A DNA stretch of 15,049 nt from Fibrobacteria bacterium (GTDB lineage Bacteria > Fibrobacterota > Fibrobacteria > UBA11236): the NCBI GenBank assembly GCA_043732185.1, contig JAYTHY010000029.1:1-15049 (forward strand). The letters run 5' to 3'. Numbering within the stretch: position 1 is the stretch's first letter; every line of letters starts with the position of its first letter. Shown here piece by piece: positions 1 to 10,600 of this stretch. The notes beneath the pieces were generated by a model. That model was not told the DNA's origin and ran no database searches. It saw nothing but the letters and a program-made list of their open reading frames with translations. A program made the translations under genes and the position numbers.

Positions 1-346
1 CGGCGCGGAAAAGACGGATATCCAGCGTGGACAGGTGTTGTGCAAACCCGGCACCATCACGCCGCATACGAAGTTCAAGGCGGAGATTTACGTATTGTCT
101 AAAGACGAAGGCGGTAGACATACGCCGTTCTTCAATGGCTATCGTCCGCAGTTTTATTTCCGTACCACGGACGTTACAGGTAGCTGTGACTTGCCGGCGG
201 GCGTTGAGATGGTGATGCCAGGTGACAACGTGTCGATTACGGCGGAGTTGATTGCGCCGATTGCCATGGCAAAGGACCTGCGTTTTGCTATACGTGAAGG
301 CGGAAGGACCGTCGGAGCGGGTGTTGTAACCGAGATATTGGTCTAA
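1..346 (+). CDS. tuf: Elongation factor Tu, 3' part (5'-truncated by the window edge; frame begins at nt 2)
   Basis: Translation [17 protein letters not shown]...[25 protein letters not shown]...MVMPGDN...[16 protein letters not shown] is the EF-Tu domain II/III signature; stop TAA at 344-346. Confidence 0.99.
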   Translation, partial: GAEKTDIQRGQVLCKPGTITPHTKFKAEIYVLSKDEGGRHTPFFNGYRPQFYFRTTDVTGSCDLPAGVEMVMPGDNVSITAELIAPIAMAKDLRFAIREGGRTVGAGVVTEILV

Positions 347-358
347 AGAAGGAATTCT

Positions 359-431
359 AGGTCAGTAGCTCAATTGGTAGAGTACCGGTCTCCAAAACCG
401 TAGGTTGTGGGTTCAAGTCCCCCCTGGCCTG
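359..431 (+). tRNA. trnW: tRNA-Trp (anticodon CCA); 3' CCA end not encoded
   Basis: Cloverleaf: acceptor AGGTCAG (359-365)/CTGGCCT (424-430), discriminator G431; D arm GCTC-AATTGGTA-GAGT; anticodon loop CTCCAAA with CCA at 392-394; T arm GTGGG-TTCAAGT-CCCCC. Usual position between tuf and secE. Confidence 0.97.
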
Positions 432-444
432 AAAGTTTTTGATT

Positions 445-627
445 ATGAAGAGATTTCAAAATTATATCAGAGACGTAATTGCCGAGCTACGCAAGGTGAC
501 TTGGCCTACGCGTGAGGAGCTGAAAGGATCCACGATTACCGTGGTCATCTTCAGCCTCCTGTCGATGTCATTTGTGTTTATGGTGGATTCGCTTTTGGGA
601 AAACTGGTTCAGTACATTTTAGGATGA
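445..627 (+). CDS. secE: Preprotein translocase subunit SecE (short, single transmembrane type)
   Basis: Motif ELRKVTWPTREEL followed by a hydrophobic TM segment; position tRNA-Trp/secE/nusG. ATG 445 preferred, alternative TTG 439. Ends TGA. Confidence 0.96.
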   Translation: MKRFQNYIRDVIAELRKVTWPTREELKGSTITVVIFSLLSMSFVFMVDSLLGKLVQYILG

Positions 628-709
628 CGTCTGTAGCGGCGGCCGGTTCCAACTTGGAACAGGTACTGAAGTTTGCAGCAACGAACGGAACGGATAGGAA
701 TCGCATAAA

Positions 710-1237
710 GTGAAGAAGTGGTACGTGGTCCATACATATTCCGGGCAGGAGGGCAAGGTCAAGCAGCACTTGGAGGCCCTTATTGAGAAGAACGGCCTTC
801 AGGAGATGTTCGGTCAAATACTCATGCCGACACGTGAAGTCACGACGGTGCAAAAGGGAAAAAAGACGACTCGGGACAAGAAATTCTATCCCAGTTACCT
901 CCTCGTTGAGATGGAGTTGACTAAAGAGACCATGCATTACGTAACGGACGTTCCCGGTGTCACCCATTTTGTCGGAGTGGGCAAACCTCAGCCTTTACGC
1001 AAGAGTGAAGTGGATCGCATTCTGGGCCAGACTGCTGTGGAGCCGACGGTTTCCGGAGTTGTGGAAATTCCATTCACCAGTGGTGAAAAAGTCCGGATCA
1101 AGGATGGCCCATTCAAGGATTTCGATGGTGTTGTCGAGGAAATAAATCCCGAAAAGGGAAAATTAAAGGTGATGGTCAGCGTCTTTGGGCGTTCCACACC
1201 CGTTGAATTGGACTTCGTGCAAGTTGATTCGGTATAG
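710..1237 (+). CDS. nusG: Transcription termination/antitermination factor NusG
   Basis: [13 protein letters not shown]-terminus, [15 protein letters not shown] domain [22 protein letters not shown]-terminal [17 protein letters not shown] start. Confidence 0.98.
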   Translation: MKKWYVVHTYSGQEGKVKQHLEALIEKNGLQEMFGQILMPTREVTTVQKGKKTTRDKKFYPSYLLVEMELTKETMHYVTDVPGVTHFVGVGKPQPLRKSEVDRILGQTAVEPTVSGVVEIPFTSGEKVRIKDGPFKDFDGVVEEINPEKGKLKVMVSVFGRSTPVELDFVQVDSV

Positions 1238-1245
1238 GAGCTATT

Positions 1246-1668
1246 GTGGCAAAGAAAATTACGGGATACATTAAATTGCAGGTGCCGGCTGGCGCTGCCA
1301 ACCCTTCTCCTCCCATTGGCCCGGCCTTGGGTCAGCGGGGATTGAACATTATGGAGTTCTGCAAAGCATTTAACGCCCAGACTCAAGACAAAAAGGGATA
1401 CATCATCCCGGTCGTGATCACGGTGTATGCCGATCGCAGTTTCAGCTTCGTAACAAAAACACCGCCAACTCCTGATCTTTTGAAAAAGGCCATGGGTTTG
1501 GAAAAAGGATCCGGTGAGCCGAACCGTAAGAAAGTCGGCAAGGTTACGCAGAAGCAGATCGAAGATATCGCTAAAATGAAAATGCCGGATCTCAACACCG
1601 TTGACTTGGCTGCGGCCATGAGCATGGTGGCGGGAACGGCTAAAAGTATGGGCTTGGAAATAGCCTAA
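1246..1668 (+). CDS. rplK: 50S ribosomal protein L11
   Basis: [56 protein letters not shown] 1236-1240, GTG start. Confidence 0.99.
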   Translation: MAKKITGYIKLQVPAGAANPSPPIGPALGQRGLNIMEFCKAFNAQTQDKKGYIIPVVITVYADRSFSFVTKTPPTPDLLKKAMGLEKGSGEPNRKKVGKVTQKQIEDIAKMKMPDLNTVDLAAAMSMVAGTAKSMGLEIA

Positions 1669-1677
1669 AGGAAAGCA

Positions 1678-1808
1678 AACGCGGTGGAGGGATCCGGAAA
1701 ACCCGGAACGGACCCCCAGAGGCTTGGTGCGATGAAAGTCGCAGCAAGACTCCGAAGACCCTCGCGTTGAAGTACCGGCAAGATTAAATAGGCAACCAAA
1801 GGTAGGAG
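1678..1808 (+). promoter_or_regulatory. Structured rplK-rplA spacer; candidate ribosomal-protein autoregulatory leader (L10-leader-like and/or L1-binding)
   Basis: Helices seen by eye: AACGC 1678-1682/GCGTT 1764-1768; GAGGG 1687-1691/CCCTC 1759-1763; TCCGG/CCGGA 1693-1707; GAAA-tetraloop hairpin 1719-1752. An alternative pairing CTCC 1750-1753/GGAG 1805-1808 covers the rplA RBS. Function is inferred. Confidence 0.5.
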
Positions 1809-1810
1809 CC

Positions 1811-2500
1811 ATGAAGAAGAGCAAAAACTACCGCAGCCTCGCCGAGAAGATTGATCGGCAAAAGGAGTACCAACTCCCTGAGGCTGTGACGATTCTTAAG
1901 GGTGGGATCAAAACAAAATTTGATTCCTCCTTGGAAGTTCACATGAATCTTGGCGTGGACCCCAAGTATTCCGAGCAAGTGGTGCGCGGAAACGTGGTGC
2001 TGCCACACGGAACAGGAAAAAAAGTCCGCGTTCTTGCATTTTGTAAAGGTGAATTGGAAAAGGCTGCCACTGCCGCCGGAGCGGATTATGTCGGCGCCGA
2101 GGAAATGGTAACCAAGATCCAGGGCGGATGGATGGATTTCGATCAAGTGATCGCGACTCCAGACATGATGCCCTTGGTCGGCCGAATTGCCCGTATACTT
2201 GGACCGCGTGGATTGATGCCGAGCCCAAAGGCTGGCACTGTCACCATGAATGTCGCCCAAGTTGTGAAGGAACTCAAAGCCGGTAAAATCGCGTTTCGCG
2301 TCGACAAGGGCGGCAACGTCCATGCGCCGGTCGGCAAGGTGTCGTTCAACGCCGACCAATTGGTTGAGAACGTCAAGGTTTTAATCGATGCAGTGGTCAA
2401 GGCCAAGCCTCCCACTTCCAAAGGTGTATATGTCCGTAGCATCACTCTGGCCGGCACGATGAGTCCCGGGGTGCGCTTGGACAAAGGCATAGCCAGGTAA
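1811..2500 (+). CDS. rplA: 50S ribosomal protein L1
   Basis: [71 protein letters not shown]. Confidence 0.99.
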   Translation: MKKSKNYRSLAEKIDRQKEYQLPEAVTILKGGIKTKFDSSLEVHMNLGVDPKYSEQVVRGNVVLPHGTGKKVRVLAFCKGELEKAATAAGADYVGAEEMVTKIQGGWMDFDQVIATPDMMPLVGRIARILGPRGLMPSPKAGTVTMNVAQVVKELKAGKIAFRVDKGGNVHAPVGKVSFNADQLVENVKVLIDAVVKAKPPTSKGVYVRSITLAGTMSPGVRLDKGIAR

Positions 2501-2512
2501 GCGAGGCATAAT

Positions 2513-3058
2513 ATGGTAGTACAAAAATCAAATAACAATAAAAGCGAAGTCATTGCCCAATTGGAGGCTAGCTTCAAAAGTGCATTAGGAATTTATGTCA
2601 CGGATTTCTCCCGCATTCGCGTGGAGACGGTGACAGCCTTACGTGCCAGCCTCAAGAAAAAGGGCATGAAAATGAAGGTGGCTAAAAACACCCTCATCAA
2701 GCGCGCCCTAGATGGAGCCGGTATCAAAGGCCTTGAGAAACATCTCGTGGGTCCCACCGCGATTATCCTATCGGACGACCAAGATCCCATGGCTCCGGCC
2801 AAGGCATTGGTTGAGTTCTACAAGGCCAATGAAGGCTTCATGACCGTTAAGGTGGTTTCCATCGATGGTGCCACCTATCCCGGCGACAAGATTGCCGCAT
2901 TGGCCAAGATGCCAGGTAAGAAAGAATTGCAGGCTTCGATCGTCACCTTGGCTCTCGGGCCAGGTGCTAACGTTGTGGGCGTCATCAAGAGCCCCGGCAC
3001 CAAGATTGCCGGCCAAATCAAGGCTCTCGTCGAGAAATTGGAGGGAGGCGCTCAATAG
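2513..3058 (+). CDS. rplJ: 50S ribosomal protein L10
   Basis: [29 protein letters not shown]; lies between rplA and rplL; SD GAGG 2503-2506. Confidence 0.97.
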   Translation: MVVQKSNNNKSEVIAQLEASFKSALGIYVTDFSRIRVETVTALRASLKKKGMKMKVAKNTLIKRALDGAGIKGLEKHLVGPTAIILSDDQDPMAPAKALVEFYKANEGFMTVKVVSIDGATYPGDKIAALAKMPGKKELQASIVTLALGPGANVVGVIKSPGTKIAGQIKALVEKLEGGAQ

Positions 3059-3087
3059 AACTAGAAAGAAAACCAAACTTGAAAAAA

Positions 3088-3113
3088 CCGGCGTTTCTCC
3101 TAGAAGCGACCGG
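3088..3113 (+). other. Intergenic stem-loop between rplJ and rplL in A-rich context
   Basis: CCGG-CGTTTCT (3088-3098) pairs with AGAAGCG-A-CCGG (3102-3113). No U-tract on the + strand, so not a sense terminator. Confidence 0.45.
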
Positions 3114-3172
3114 ACGATAAGCAGAACGAAAAGTAAAGAAATTTTTTAATCAATCTAACGGAGGACATTTCC

Positions 3173-3568
3173 ATGTCAGATGCAACTTACTCAACTCCTG
3201 TGAAGGAAATCGGCGACAAGATTGTAGCCCTATCCCTATTACAGGCCAAAGAACTTTCGGATTATCTCAAGAACGTATACGGAATTGAAGCTGCTGCCGC
3301 AGCTGCAGTTGCCGTTTCCGGTGGCGCTGGCGCTGCTGCGGAAGCCCCTGCTGAAAAAACCGAATTCGACGTCGTGCTGGAATCAGCTGGCGAAAAGAAA
3401 ATCGGCGTCATCAAGGTGGTTCGCACCATCACTGGTCTTGGCCTGGCAGAAGCCAAAGCCTTGGTCGACGGCGCTCCCAAGACGGTCAAGGAAGGCGTGG
3501 CCAAGGCCGAAGCCGAAAAGATGCAGAAGGAACTCGAGGAAGCTGGCGGCAAGGTAAGCCTGAAGTAA
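3173..3568 (+). CDS. rplL: 50S ribosomal protein L7/L12
   Basis: Ala-rich hinge, [44 protein letters not shown] 3160-3164. Confidence 0.99.
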   Translation: MSDATYSTPVKEIGDKIVALSLLQAKELSDYLKNVYGIEAAAAAAVAVSGGAGAAAEAPAEKTEFDVVLESAGEKKIGVIKVVRTITGLGLAEAKALVDGAPKTVKEGVAKAEAEKMQKELEEAGGKVSLK

Positions 3569-3609
3569 TCCTTGAGAAAAATTCTTCGCTATATAGCTGG
3601 AGAAATAAT

Positions 3610-3650
3610 ACGCCCTGCCCGCGCCTGCGGACAGGCGTTTTTCCGTTTTT
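3610..3650 (+). terminator. Intrinsic terminator/attenuator between rplL and rpoB
   Basis: GC-rich imperfect stem ACGCCCTGCCCGC-GCCT-GCGGACAGGCGT (3610-3638) followed by TTTTCCGTTTTT; same position as the known rplL-rpoB attenuator of E. coli. Confidence 0.7.
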
Positions 3651-3712
3651 AGAGATGTGTTTGCCGGTCTGAAATGGCTGGTGCTGGAACTTTTAAGGGA
3701 TCGGAGACTTTG

Positions 3713-6700
3713 GTGGAAAGACGGACATACTCTTCAAGTCGGTTTAATTATGAGTTGCCTTACCTGCTGGATGTGCAGGTCAATTCATTCAACCGTTTCA
3801 TCCAAGCGGGCACCCTTCCCAAAGAGCGGAAGAACGAAGGCCTGCAGAAGATTTTCAGCGAAGTGTTCCCCATTACGGATATCAAGGAAATGTATTCCCT
3901 TGAGTTCGAGGGCTATTCGTTAGGCGTTCCCAAGTATTCTCTGGAAGAATGCCAGAAACGCGGAATGACCTACGCTGCTCCGCTCAAAGCGACCCTGAGC
4001 TTGAATATTTTTGAAGGTGAAGGCGAAGAGCGCAAGTTCGTCGAGAAGATCACGAACGATGTATATATCGGTGACCTTCCCTTGATTACCCAAAACGGCA
4101 CATTTATCATAAATGGCGCAGAGCGCGTCATCGTGTCACAGCTACATCGTTCGCCAGGCGTGAGTTTCGACGAAGAAACCCATCCCAACGGCAAGCGTTT
4201 ACTCAAAGCCCGCGTTATACCTTATCGCGGCTCCTGGGTTGAATTTCTCGTGGACGTCAACGAGGCCATGTACATCAATATCGATCGCCGGCGGAAAATT
4301 CCCGCCACTATTCTTTTACGGGCCATCGGCTTCTCCCGCAACCAGGATCTGGTTAAGATTTTCTATGAAGCGGAAGAGATGACCGTTAATCCCAAAGCCC
4401 TTGACGGCCTTGAAGATAAGGTTCTCTACGAGGATTTGGTCGACAAGGATACCGGCGAGTTGATTGCCGAAGCCAATACCGTTATCACACCTGTACTCGC
4501 CAAAAAAATCGGCGAATTGGGTCTCAAGAAAGTCAAGCTTATCAAGGGTGTGGAAAGCAATCCCGTTCTGCATAACACCTTGTCTGCGGATCCTACTTCC
4601 AATGAAGAAGAAGCCCTCTTCCGCATCTACAGCCTGATTCGGCCTGGAGATCCCCCCAATGTGCAAACCGCCAGAACGCTATTAGAGCGTTTGTTCTTTG
4701 ATGACAAGCGTTACGATCTCGGCGAAGTCGGTCGTTATCGCTTGAATAGCCGCCTCAAGCTCAAAGTTCCGATGGAAACGATGACGATGACCAAGGATGA
4801 TTTCATCGCCATCATGCGTTATCTAGTATCCCTGTTTATGCAGGATGGCTTCCTGGATGATATTGATCATCTCGGCAACCGCCGGGTACGGTCCGTTGGC
4901 GAATTGCTAGGCAACCAGTTTTCATTGGGCCTAACACGCATGGCGCGAACCATTCGTGAACGCTTGTCCCTGCGCGATACGGAAGAGCTTACGCCTCAGG
5001 ATCTCGTGAATGCCCGTACGGTTTCGACGGTCATATCCACATTCTTCGGTTCGTCCCAACTTTCCCAGTTCATGGATCAAATGAATCCCCTGGCGGAACT
5101 GACGCATAAACGCCGTATGTCCGCCCTAGGGCCAGGCGGTTTGACACGCGAGCGCGCGGGCTTCGAAGTGCGCGACGTGCATCATAGCCATTATGGTCGG
5201 CTGTGCCCGATTGAAACACCGGAAGGTCCGAACATCGGCCTTATTTCTTCCTTGGCCGCGTACGCCAAAGTGAACCAGTTCGGCTTTATCGAAACGCCTT
5301 ATCGCAAAGTCAAGGGTGGCATTGTAACCGATGAAGTAATCTATTTGACTGCGGATCAGGAAGACGATTACCACGTCGCTCCAGCTTCCACAATCATCAA
5401 CGAAAAAAACCGTTTCGTAAGCGATTATGTCATCGTGCGCAAGCAAGGTGAGTTCCCGCTGATTCCTCGCGACAATGTACAGCTTATGGATGTGTCGCCC
5501 AAGCAACTTGTTTCCATCGCTGCGGGCCTCATTCCATTCCTGGAACACGATGACGCCAACCGCGCGCTCATGGGCTCCAATATGCAGCGCCAAGCTGTGC
5601 CGTTGCTCATCCCTGAATCGCCACTAGTGGGAACCGGATTGGAAGCCAAGGCCGCCTACGATTCCGGCGCAATGGTGGTTGCTCTGCACAGTGGACTCGT
5701 CCACTCCGTGGATGCCCGCACCGTCGTCATCAAGCGCGAAGAAGCCGGTAAGTTGGTCACCGATTTCCTCGACGTACCCGAATACGACACTTACCATCTC
5801 CGTAAATTTGAACGCTCCAATCAAGACTCCTGCATCAACCAGAGAATCCTGGTCAAGGTGGGTCAAGTTATCAAGCGCGGCGACGTGCTCGCGGATGGTT
5901 CCAGCACTTCCAATGGAGAATTGGCGCTGGGCAAGAACATCCTAATCGGTTTCCTTCCCTGGAACGGCTACAACTACGAAGATGCCATTATCATCTCCGA
6001 GGAGCTTTCCAAGAAGGACACGTTTACTTCCATACATATTGAAGAATATGAATTGGAAGTGCGCGATACCAAGCGTGGTCCTGAAGAATTGACCCGGGAA
6101 ATTCCAAATGTTTCCGAAGAATCGCTTCGGAACTTAGATGAAAACGGTATTATCCGCGTAGGCGCGGAAGTGGATGCCAGTGATATTTTGGTCGGCAAAG
6201 TAACGCCCAAGGGCGAAACAGAATTGTCTCCGGAAGAGCGCTTGCTGCGCGCCATCTTCGGCGAAAAAGCCGGCGATGTCCGCGACTCTTCTCTCAAGGC
6301 TCCTCCTGGTATGAAGGGCATTGTGGTAGAAAGCCGCACGTTCTCACGCAAGGAACGGGATAAGAAAACCAAAAAAAGCGATAAGGATCGGATTGATGAA
6401 TTGCGCGCAACCATGAGCGCGCGTATTCAAGAAATCACATCGGCCCGGGACAAGAAACTGCTGGAACTTTTGGACGGCCAAGATTCGCAGGAAATTCGGG
6501 ATGGTTCGACCAATGAGCTCATTGTCGGCAAAGGCAAAAAGTTCAACGATAAGATTCTGCAAAAGATCAATTTTTCTGATGTCAATGTCCCCGAGGGTTT
6601 GACGTCTGATGAAAAGGCGAATAAGACGGCAGAAAAAGTTTTGAATTCCGCCAACGAGATGATTTTCCGGCTCGAAGATGAGCTGGATAAGGAAATCGAC

Positions 6701-7480
6701 AAGATCATTCGCGGTGACGAACTAAAGCCCGGTGTGTTGCAGCTGGTCAAGATTTATATCGCCAAGAAGCGCCGCATTGCGGTGGGTGATAAAATGGCCG
6801 GCCGTCATGGTAACAAGGGTGTTATTTCCAAAATCGTTCCCGTGGAAGATATGCCTTTCATGCCCAATGGTGAACCCGTCCAGATTCTTCTGAATCCGCT
6901 TGGCGTGCCTTCCCGTATGAACGTGGGTCAGGTGCTGGAAACGCATCTAGGCTGGGCTGCCGCAGCGCTCGGAATAAAAATCGCATCGCCGGTTTTTGAC
7001 GGAGCCAGCTATGATGATATTCTTGCCGCACTCAAAGAAGCGAAGCTTCCGCAGTCCGGAAAAACGGTTCTCTTTGACGGACGCACCGGTGAGCGCCTCA
7101 ATAATGAAGTAGGCGTCGGGTACATGTACATGCTCAAGCTCGGCCATTTGGTCGATGATAAGATTCATGCACGTTCCATTGGACCCTATTCTCTGGTCAC
7201 TCAGCAGCCACTCGGCGGCAAGAGCCAGTTTGGCGGTCAGCGCTTTGGCGAAATGGAAGTTTGGGCACTGGAAGCCTACGGCGCTGCCTATACATTGCAG
7301 GAAATCCTCACGGTTAAATCCGATGATGTTATGGGTCGCTCGAAGATTTACGAGGCCATCGTCAAGGGTGAAAATGCACCCCGGCCTGGCGTACCGGAAT
7401 CCTTCAATGTGCTCATTAAAGAAATGCAAGCCCTATGCCTGGACGTAAAGTTCTTGCAGAAGGAAGAAGAACTGGCCTAA
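3713..7480 (+). CDS. rpoB: DNA-directed RNA polymerase beta subunit
   Basis: [73 protein letters not shown]. The ORF is open from ATG 3674, but GGAG 3703-3706 favours GTG 3713 (or TTG 3710) as the start. Confidence 0.99.
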   Translation: MERRTYSSSRFNYELPYLLDVQVNSFNRFIQAGTLPKERKNEGLQKIFSEVFPITDIKEMYSLEFEGYSLGVPKYSLEECQKRGMTYAAPLKATLSLNIFEGEGEERKFVEKITNDVYIGDLPLITQNGTFIINGAERVIVSQLHRSPGVSFDEETHPNGKRLLKARVIPYRGSWVEFLVDVNEAMYINIDRRRKIPATILLRAIGFSRNQDLVKIFYEAEEMTVNPKALDGLEDKVLYEDLVDKDTGELIAEANTVITPVLAKKIGELGLKKVKLIKGVESNPVLHNTLSADPTSNEEEALFRIYSLIRPGDPPNVQTARTLLERLFFDDKRYDLGEVGRYRLNSRLKLKVPMETMTMTKDDFIAIMRYLVSLFMQDGFLDDIDHLGNRRVRSVGELLGNQFSLGLTRMARTIRERLSLRDTEELTPQDLVNARTVSTVISTFFGSSQLSQFMDQMNPLAELTHKRRMSALGPGGLTRERAGFEVRDVHHSHYGRLCPIETPEGPNIGLISSLAAYAKVNQFGFIETPYRKVKGGIVTDEVIYLTADQEDDYHVAPASTIINEKNRFVSDYVIVRKQGEFPLIPRDNVQLMDVSPKQLVSIAAGLIPFLEHDDANRALMGSNMQRQAVPLLIPESPLVGTGLEAKAAYDSGAMVVALHSGLVHSVDARTVVIKREEAGKLVTDFLDVPEYDTYHLRKFERSNQDSCINQRILVKVGQVIKRGDVLADGSSTSNGELALGKNILIGFLPWNGYNYEDAIIISEELSKKDTFTSIHIEEYELEVRDTKRGPEELTREIPNVSEESLRNLDENGIIRVGAEVDASDILVGKVTPKGETELSPEERLLRAIFGEKAGDVRDSSLKAPPGMKGIVVESRTFSRKERDKKTKKSDKDRIDELRATMSARIQEITSARDKKLLELLDGQDSQEIRDGSTNELIVGKGKKFNDKILQKINFSDVNVPEGLTSDEKANKTAEKVLNSANEMIFRLEDELDKEIDKIIRGDELKPGVLQLVKIYIAKKRRIAVGDKMAGRHGNKGVISKIVPVEDMPFMPNGEPVQILLNPLGVPSRMNVGQVLETHLGWAAAALGIKIASPVFDGASYDDILAALKEAKLPQSGKTVLFDGRTGERLNNEVGVGYMYMLKLGHLVDDKIHARSIGPYSLVTQQPLGGKSQFGGQRFGEMEVWALEAYGAAYTLQEILTVKSDDVMGRSKIYEAIVKGENAPRPGVPESFNVLIKEMQALCLDVKFLQKEEELA

Positions 7481-7611
7481 AGAGGCAACGCGCGGTGTGC
7501 GGCCCTTTGGGGCTGGTCGCTCGGTGGAATTAGCAGGGATGTTGGGTCAATGAGGCCCACCTCCTTAGTAGAAGAGTAATAGGTTCAGCGGAAAATTAGC
7601 GGGAGATAATA

Positions 7612-10600
7612 ATGAACGATTTTTTCGAGAACTCCACGGAAGTCCAGGATAAAGAAGCCATCAGTATTCAGCTGGCTTCCCCCGATGTCGTCCGGGGCTG
7701 GTCGTACGGTGAAGTTACCAAGCCGGAAACCATCAATTACCGCTCCTTCAAACCCGAAAAAGACGGGTTGTTTTGCGAACGCACTTTTGGCCCGGTAAAG
7801 AACTGGGAATGCTCGTGCGGAAAGTACAAGCGCATTCGCTATCGCGGTGTCGTTTGCGATCGCTGCGGCGTGGAAGTTACCCATTCCAAAGTGCGTCGGG
7901 AACGCATGGGACATATCGAATTGGCTGTGCCGGTGGTGCATATTTGGTTCTTCAAGAGCTTGCCATCTGTCATCGGATCCTTGCTCGGCATGTCGGTTAC
8001 GAACCTAGAACGCGTCATCTACTATGAATCGTACATCGTTCTCGATCCAGGTGATACCGATCTCAAACTCGGCCAGCTCATTTCAGAAGATGAATATATC
8101 GACCTTGAAGACGAAGGCCGGCATTTTGATGCCAAGATGGGTGCCTCCGCAATCAAACAACTTCTGGCCGAACTGAATCCGGAAACTCTTTCCGTCGATA
8201 TGCGCAAGCGCATCAAAGAAGAGACCTCCAGCCAGCGCAAGCAGGATCTTTTGAAGCGGCTCAAAGTTGTGGAAGCCTTCCGTAAATCACCCAACCGTCC
8301 AGAATGGATGGTTCTGGATGTGCTGCCCGTCATTCCTCCGGATTTGCGCCCCTTGGTGCCTTTGGAAGGTGGCCGTTTTGCTACGTCCGATTTGAACGAT
8401 TTGTATCGCCGCGTCATCAATCGCAACAACCGTTTAAAGAAGCTCATTGATATCAAAGCCCCGGAAGTTATTCTGCGGAATGAAAAGCGCATGCTTCAAG
8501 AAGCCGTGGACGTATTGTTCGACAATGGCCGTCGCACCTTCTCGGTGAAGGGCGAAAATCGCCGTCCGCTCAAGTCCTTGTCCGAATTGCTCAAAGGTAA
8601 GCAGGGCCGCTTCCGTCAGAACTTGCTCGGCAAACGTGTGGACTATTCCGGCCGTTCTGTAATCGTGGTGGGTCCGGATCTTAAAATTCATCAATGCGGC
8701 TTGCCCAAGCCCATGGCCCTCGAACTTTACAAACCTTTTATTATCCAGAAACTGGAAGAGAAGGGTTTTGTACATACGGTCAAGTCTGCAAAGAAATTTG
8801 TGGAAAAAGAGCGCCCCGAAGTTTGGGATATTCTGGAAGAGATCATCGACGATCATCCCGTGCTCTTGAACCGCGCGCCTACCTTGCATCGTCTGGGTAT
8901 TCAGGCTTTTTATCCCAAGCTTGTGGAAGGCAAAGCTATTCGCTTGCATCCGCTAGTGTGTACGGCTTTCAACGCCGACTTCGACGGCGATCAAATGGCC
9001 ATTCACTTGCCGCTGTCCTTTGAGGCTCAGCTCGAGTGCCGTATCCTCATGATGTCTTCCAATAACATTCTGCACCCCGCATCCGGTCAGCCCATTGCTG
9101 TGCCGTCGCAGGATATTGTGCTCGGCTGCTATTACCTGACGGCCATGAAGACCAAGGGCAAAGGCGCAGGAAAAATGTTCACGGATTCCACTGAAGCCAT
9201 CCAATGTTTGGAAGCCGGCGGCGTGGAATTGCACGTACCCATCAAGGTGAGAGTCGACGGAAAACTTATTGAAACGTCCGTGGGCCGCGTGATTTTGAAC
9301 GATGTGATTCCCAATGATCTGGGCTTCATCAATAAAACCTTCGACAAGAAGACGATTTCTGCCACCATCGACAAGTATTTCCGTATCGCCGGGAATGAGC
9401 GCACCTGTTTGTTCCTGGATGCCATCAAAGAGCTCGGATTCAAGTGGGCTACCAAGGGCGGCATGAGCATCGCCATTGGGGACATGATTATCCCGCCTGA
9501 GAAGTATGAAATGATCAAGGGCACTAAGGTTAAGGTCGACAAGGTCGCCGAGCTCTATGAAAACGGCGTCATCACCGATGGCGAGCGTTACAATCAAATC
9601 ATCGATCTCTGGTCGCATACCACCAATGATGTGGCCACACTTGTGTACGAAAAATTGGCCCAGGATCGCGACGGTTTCAATCCTGTTTATATGATGGCCG
9701 TATCCGGCGCTCGTGGTAGCCGCGAGCAGATCAAGCAGCTTTCCGGAATGCGTGGCCTTATGGCCAAGCCTCAGAAAAAAATCACGGGACATGAAATCAT
9801 CGAGAACCCGATTCTTTCCTGCTTCCGGGAAGGTTTGAACGTACTCGAATACTTCATCTCCACTCACGGTGCTCGTAAGGGCTTGGCGGACACGGCTCTT
9901 AAAACCGCCGACGCCGGCTATTTGACCCGTCGCCTTGTAGACGTTGCGCAAGACGTGGTTGTGAATGAAGAAGATTGCGGCACGGTACTCGGACTGGACA
10001 TGACGGACACCATGGAAGGTGACGATGTCGTGGTCTCGGTAGCCGACAAGATTCTGGGCCGCGTGGCTTGTGATGATATTTTCCATCCGGTTTCTGACCA
10101 GGTCATTTGCCATGCCGGAGAACTCATCGATGAAGTCATGGCTGACAAAATCGGCAAGGCAGGAATCGAAAGCGTCAAGGTGCGCTCCGTGCTCACCTGC
10201 GAAGCCCTCCGCGGCGTTTGCGGAAAGTGCTATGGCCGTAACCTCGCTAACGGTCGCATGATCGACATCGGTGAAGCTGTTGGTGTGATGGCTGCCCAGT
10301 CGATTGGCGAACCCGGTACGCAGCTTACCTTGCGTACATTCCATATCGGTGGCGCCGCTTCCCGCATGACGGCGGAGTCGGTCAAGAAAGCCAAGTGGGA
10401 TTGCAAAATTTCCTTGCGCGACGTGGAACTTGTTGAAAATAAAAAAGGCGAATCCGTTGTGGTCAGCCGCTCTGGGGAAATGTCCCTGCTTGACGAACAC
10501 GGCATTACCAAGGTGCGTTACGTTGTGCCTTACGGCGCCTTGCTTAAAGTCAAAGATGGCGCACAGATCAAAGCCGGAACCCTCATGTTCGAATGGGATC

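Noticed and set aside
347..358. Absence of rpmG between tuf and tRNA-Trp
   Set aside because: The order tuf-trnW-secE without rpmG is a common variant.
3290..3350. GCT/GCC/GCA repeat-like stretch
   Set aside because: It encodes the normal Ala-rich hinge of L7/L12 and is not a repeat element.
3572..3597. Possible rpoB promoter TTGAGA...TATATA/TATAGC
   Set aside because: The spacer is only 12-14 bp; the region is better explained as a hairpin (3582-3604) before the attenuator.
5040..5140. Possible rifampicin-resistance substitutions in RpoB cluster I ([23 protein letters not shown])
   Set aside because: The key Q, D, H, R, S and L positions are wild type, and NPLAE also occurs in rifampicin-sensitive bacteria such as Bacillus.
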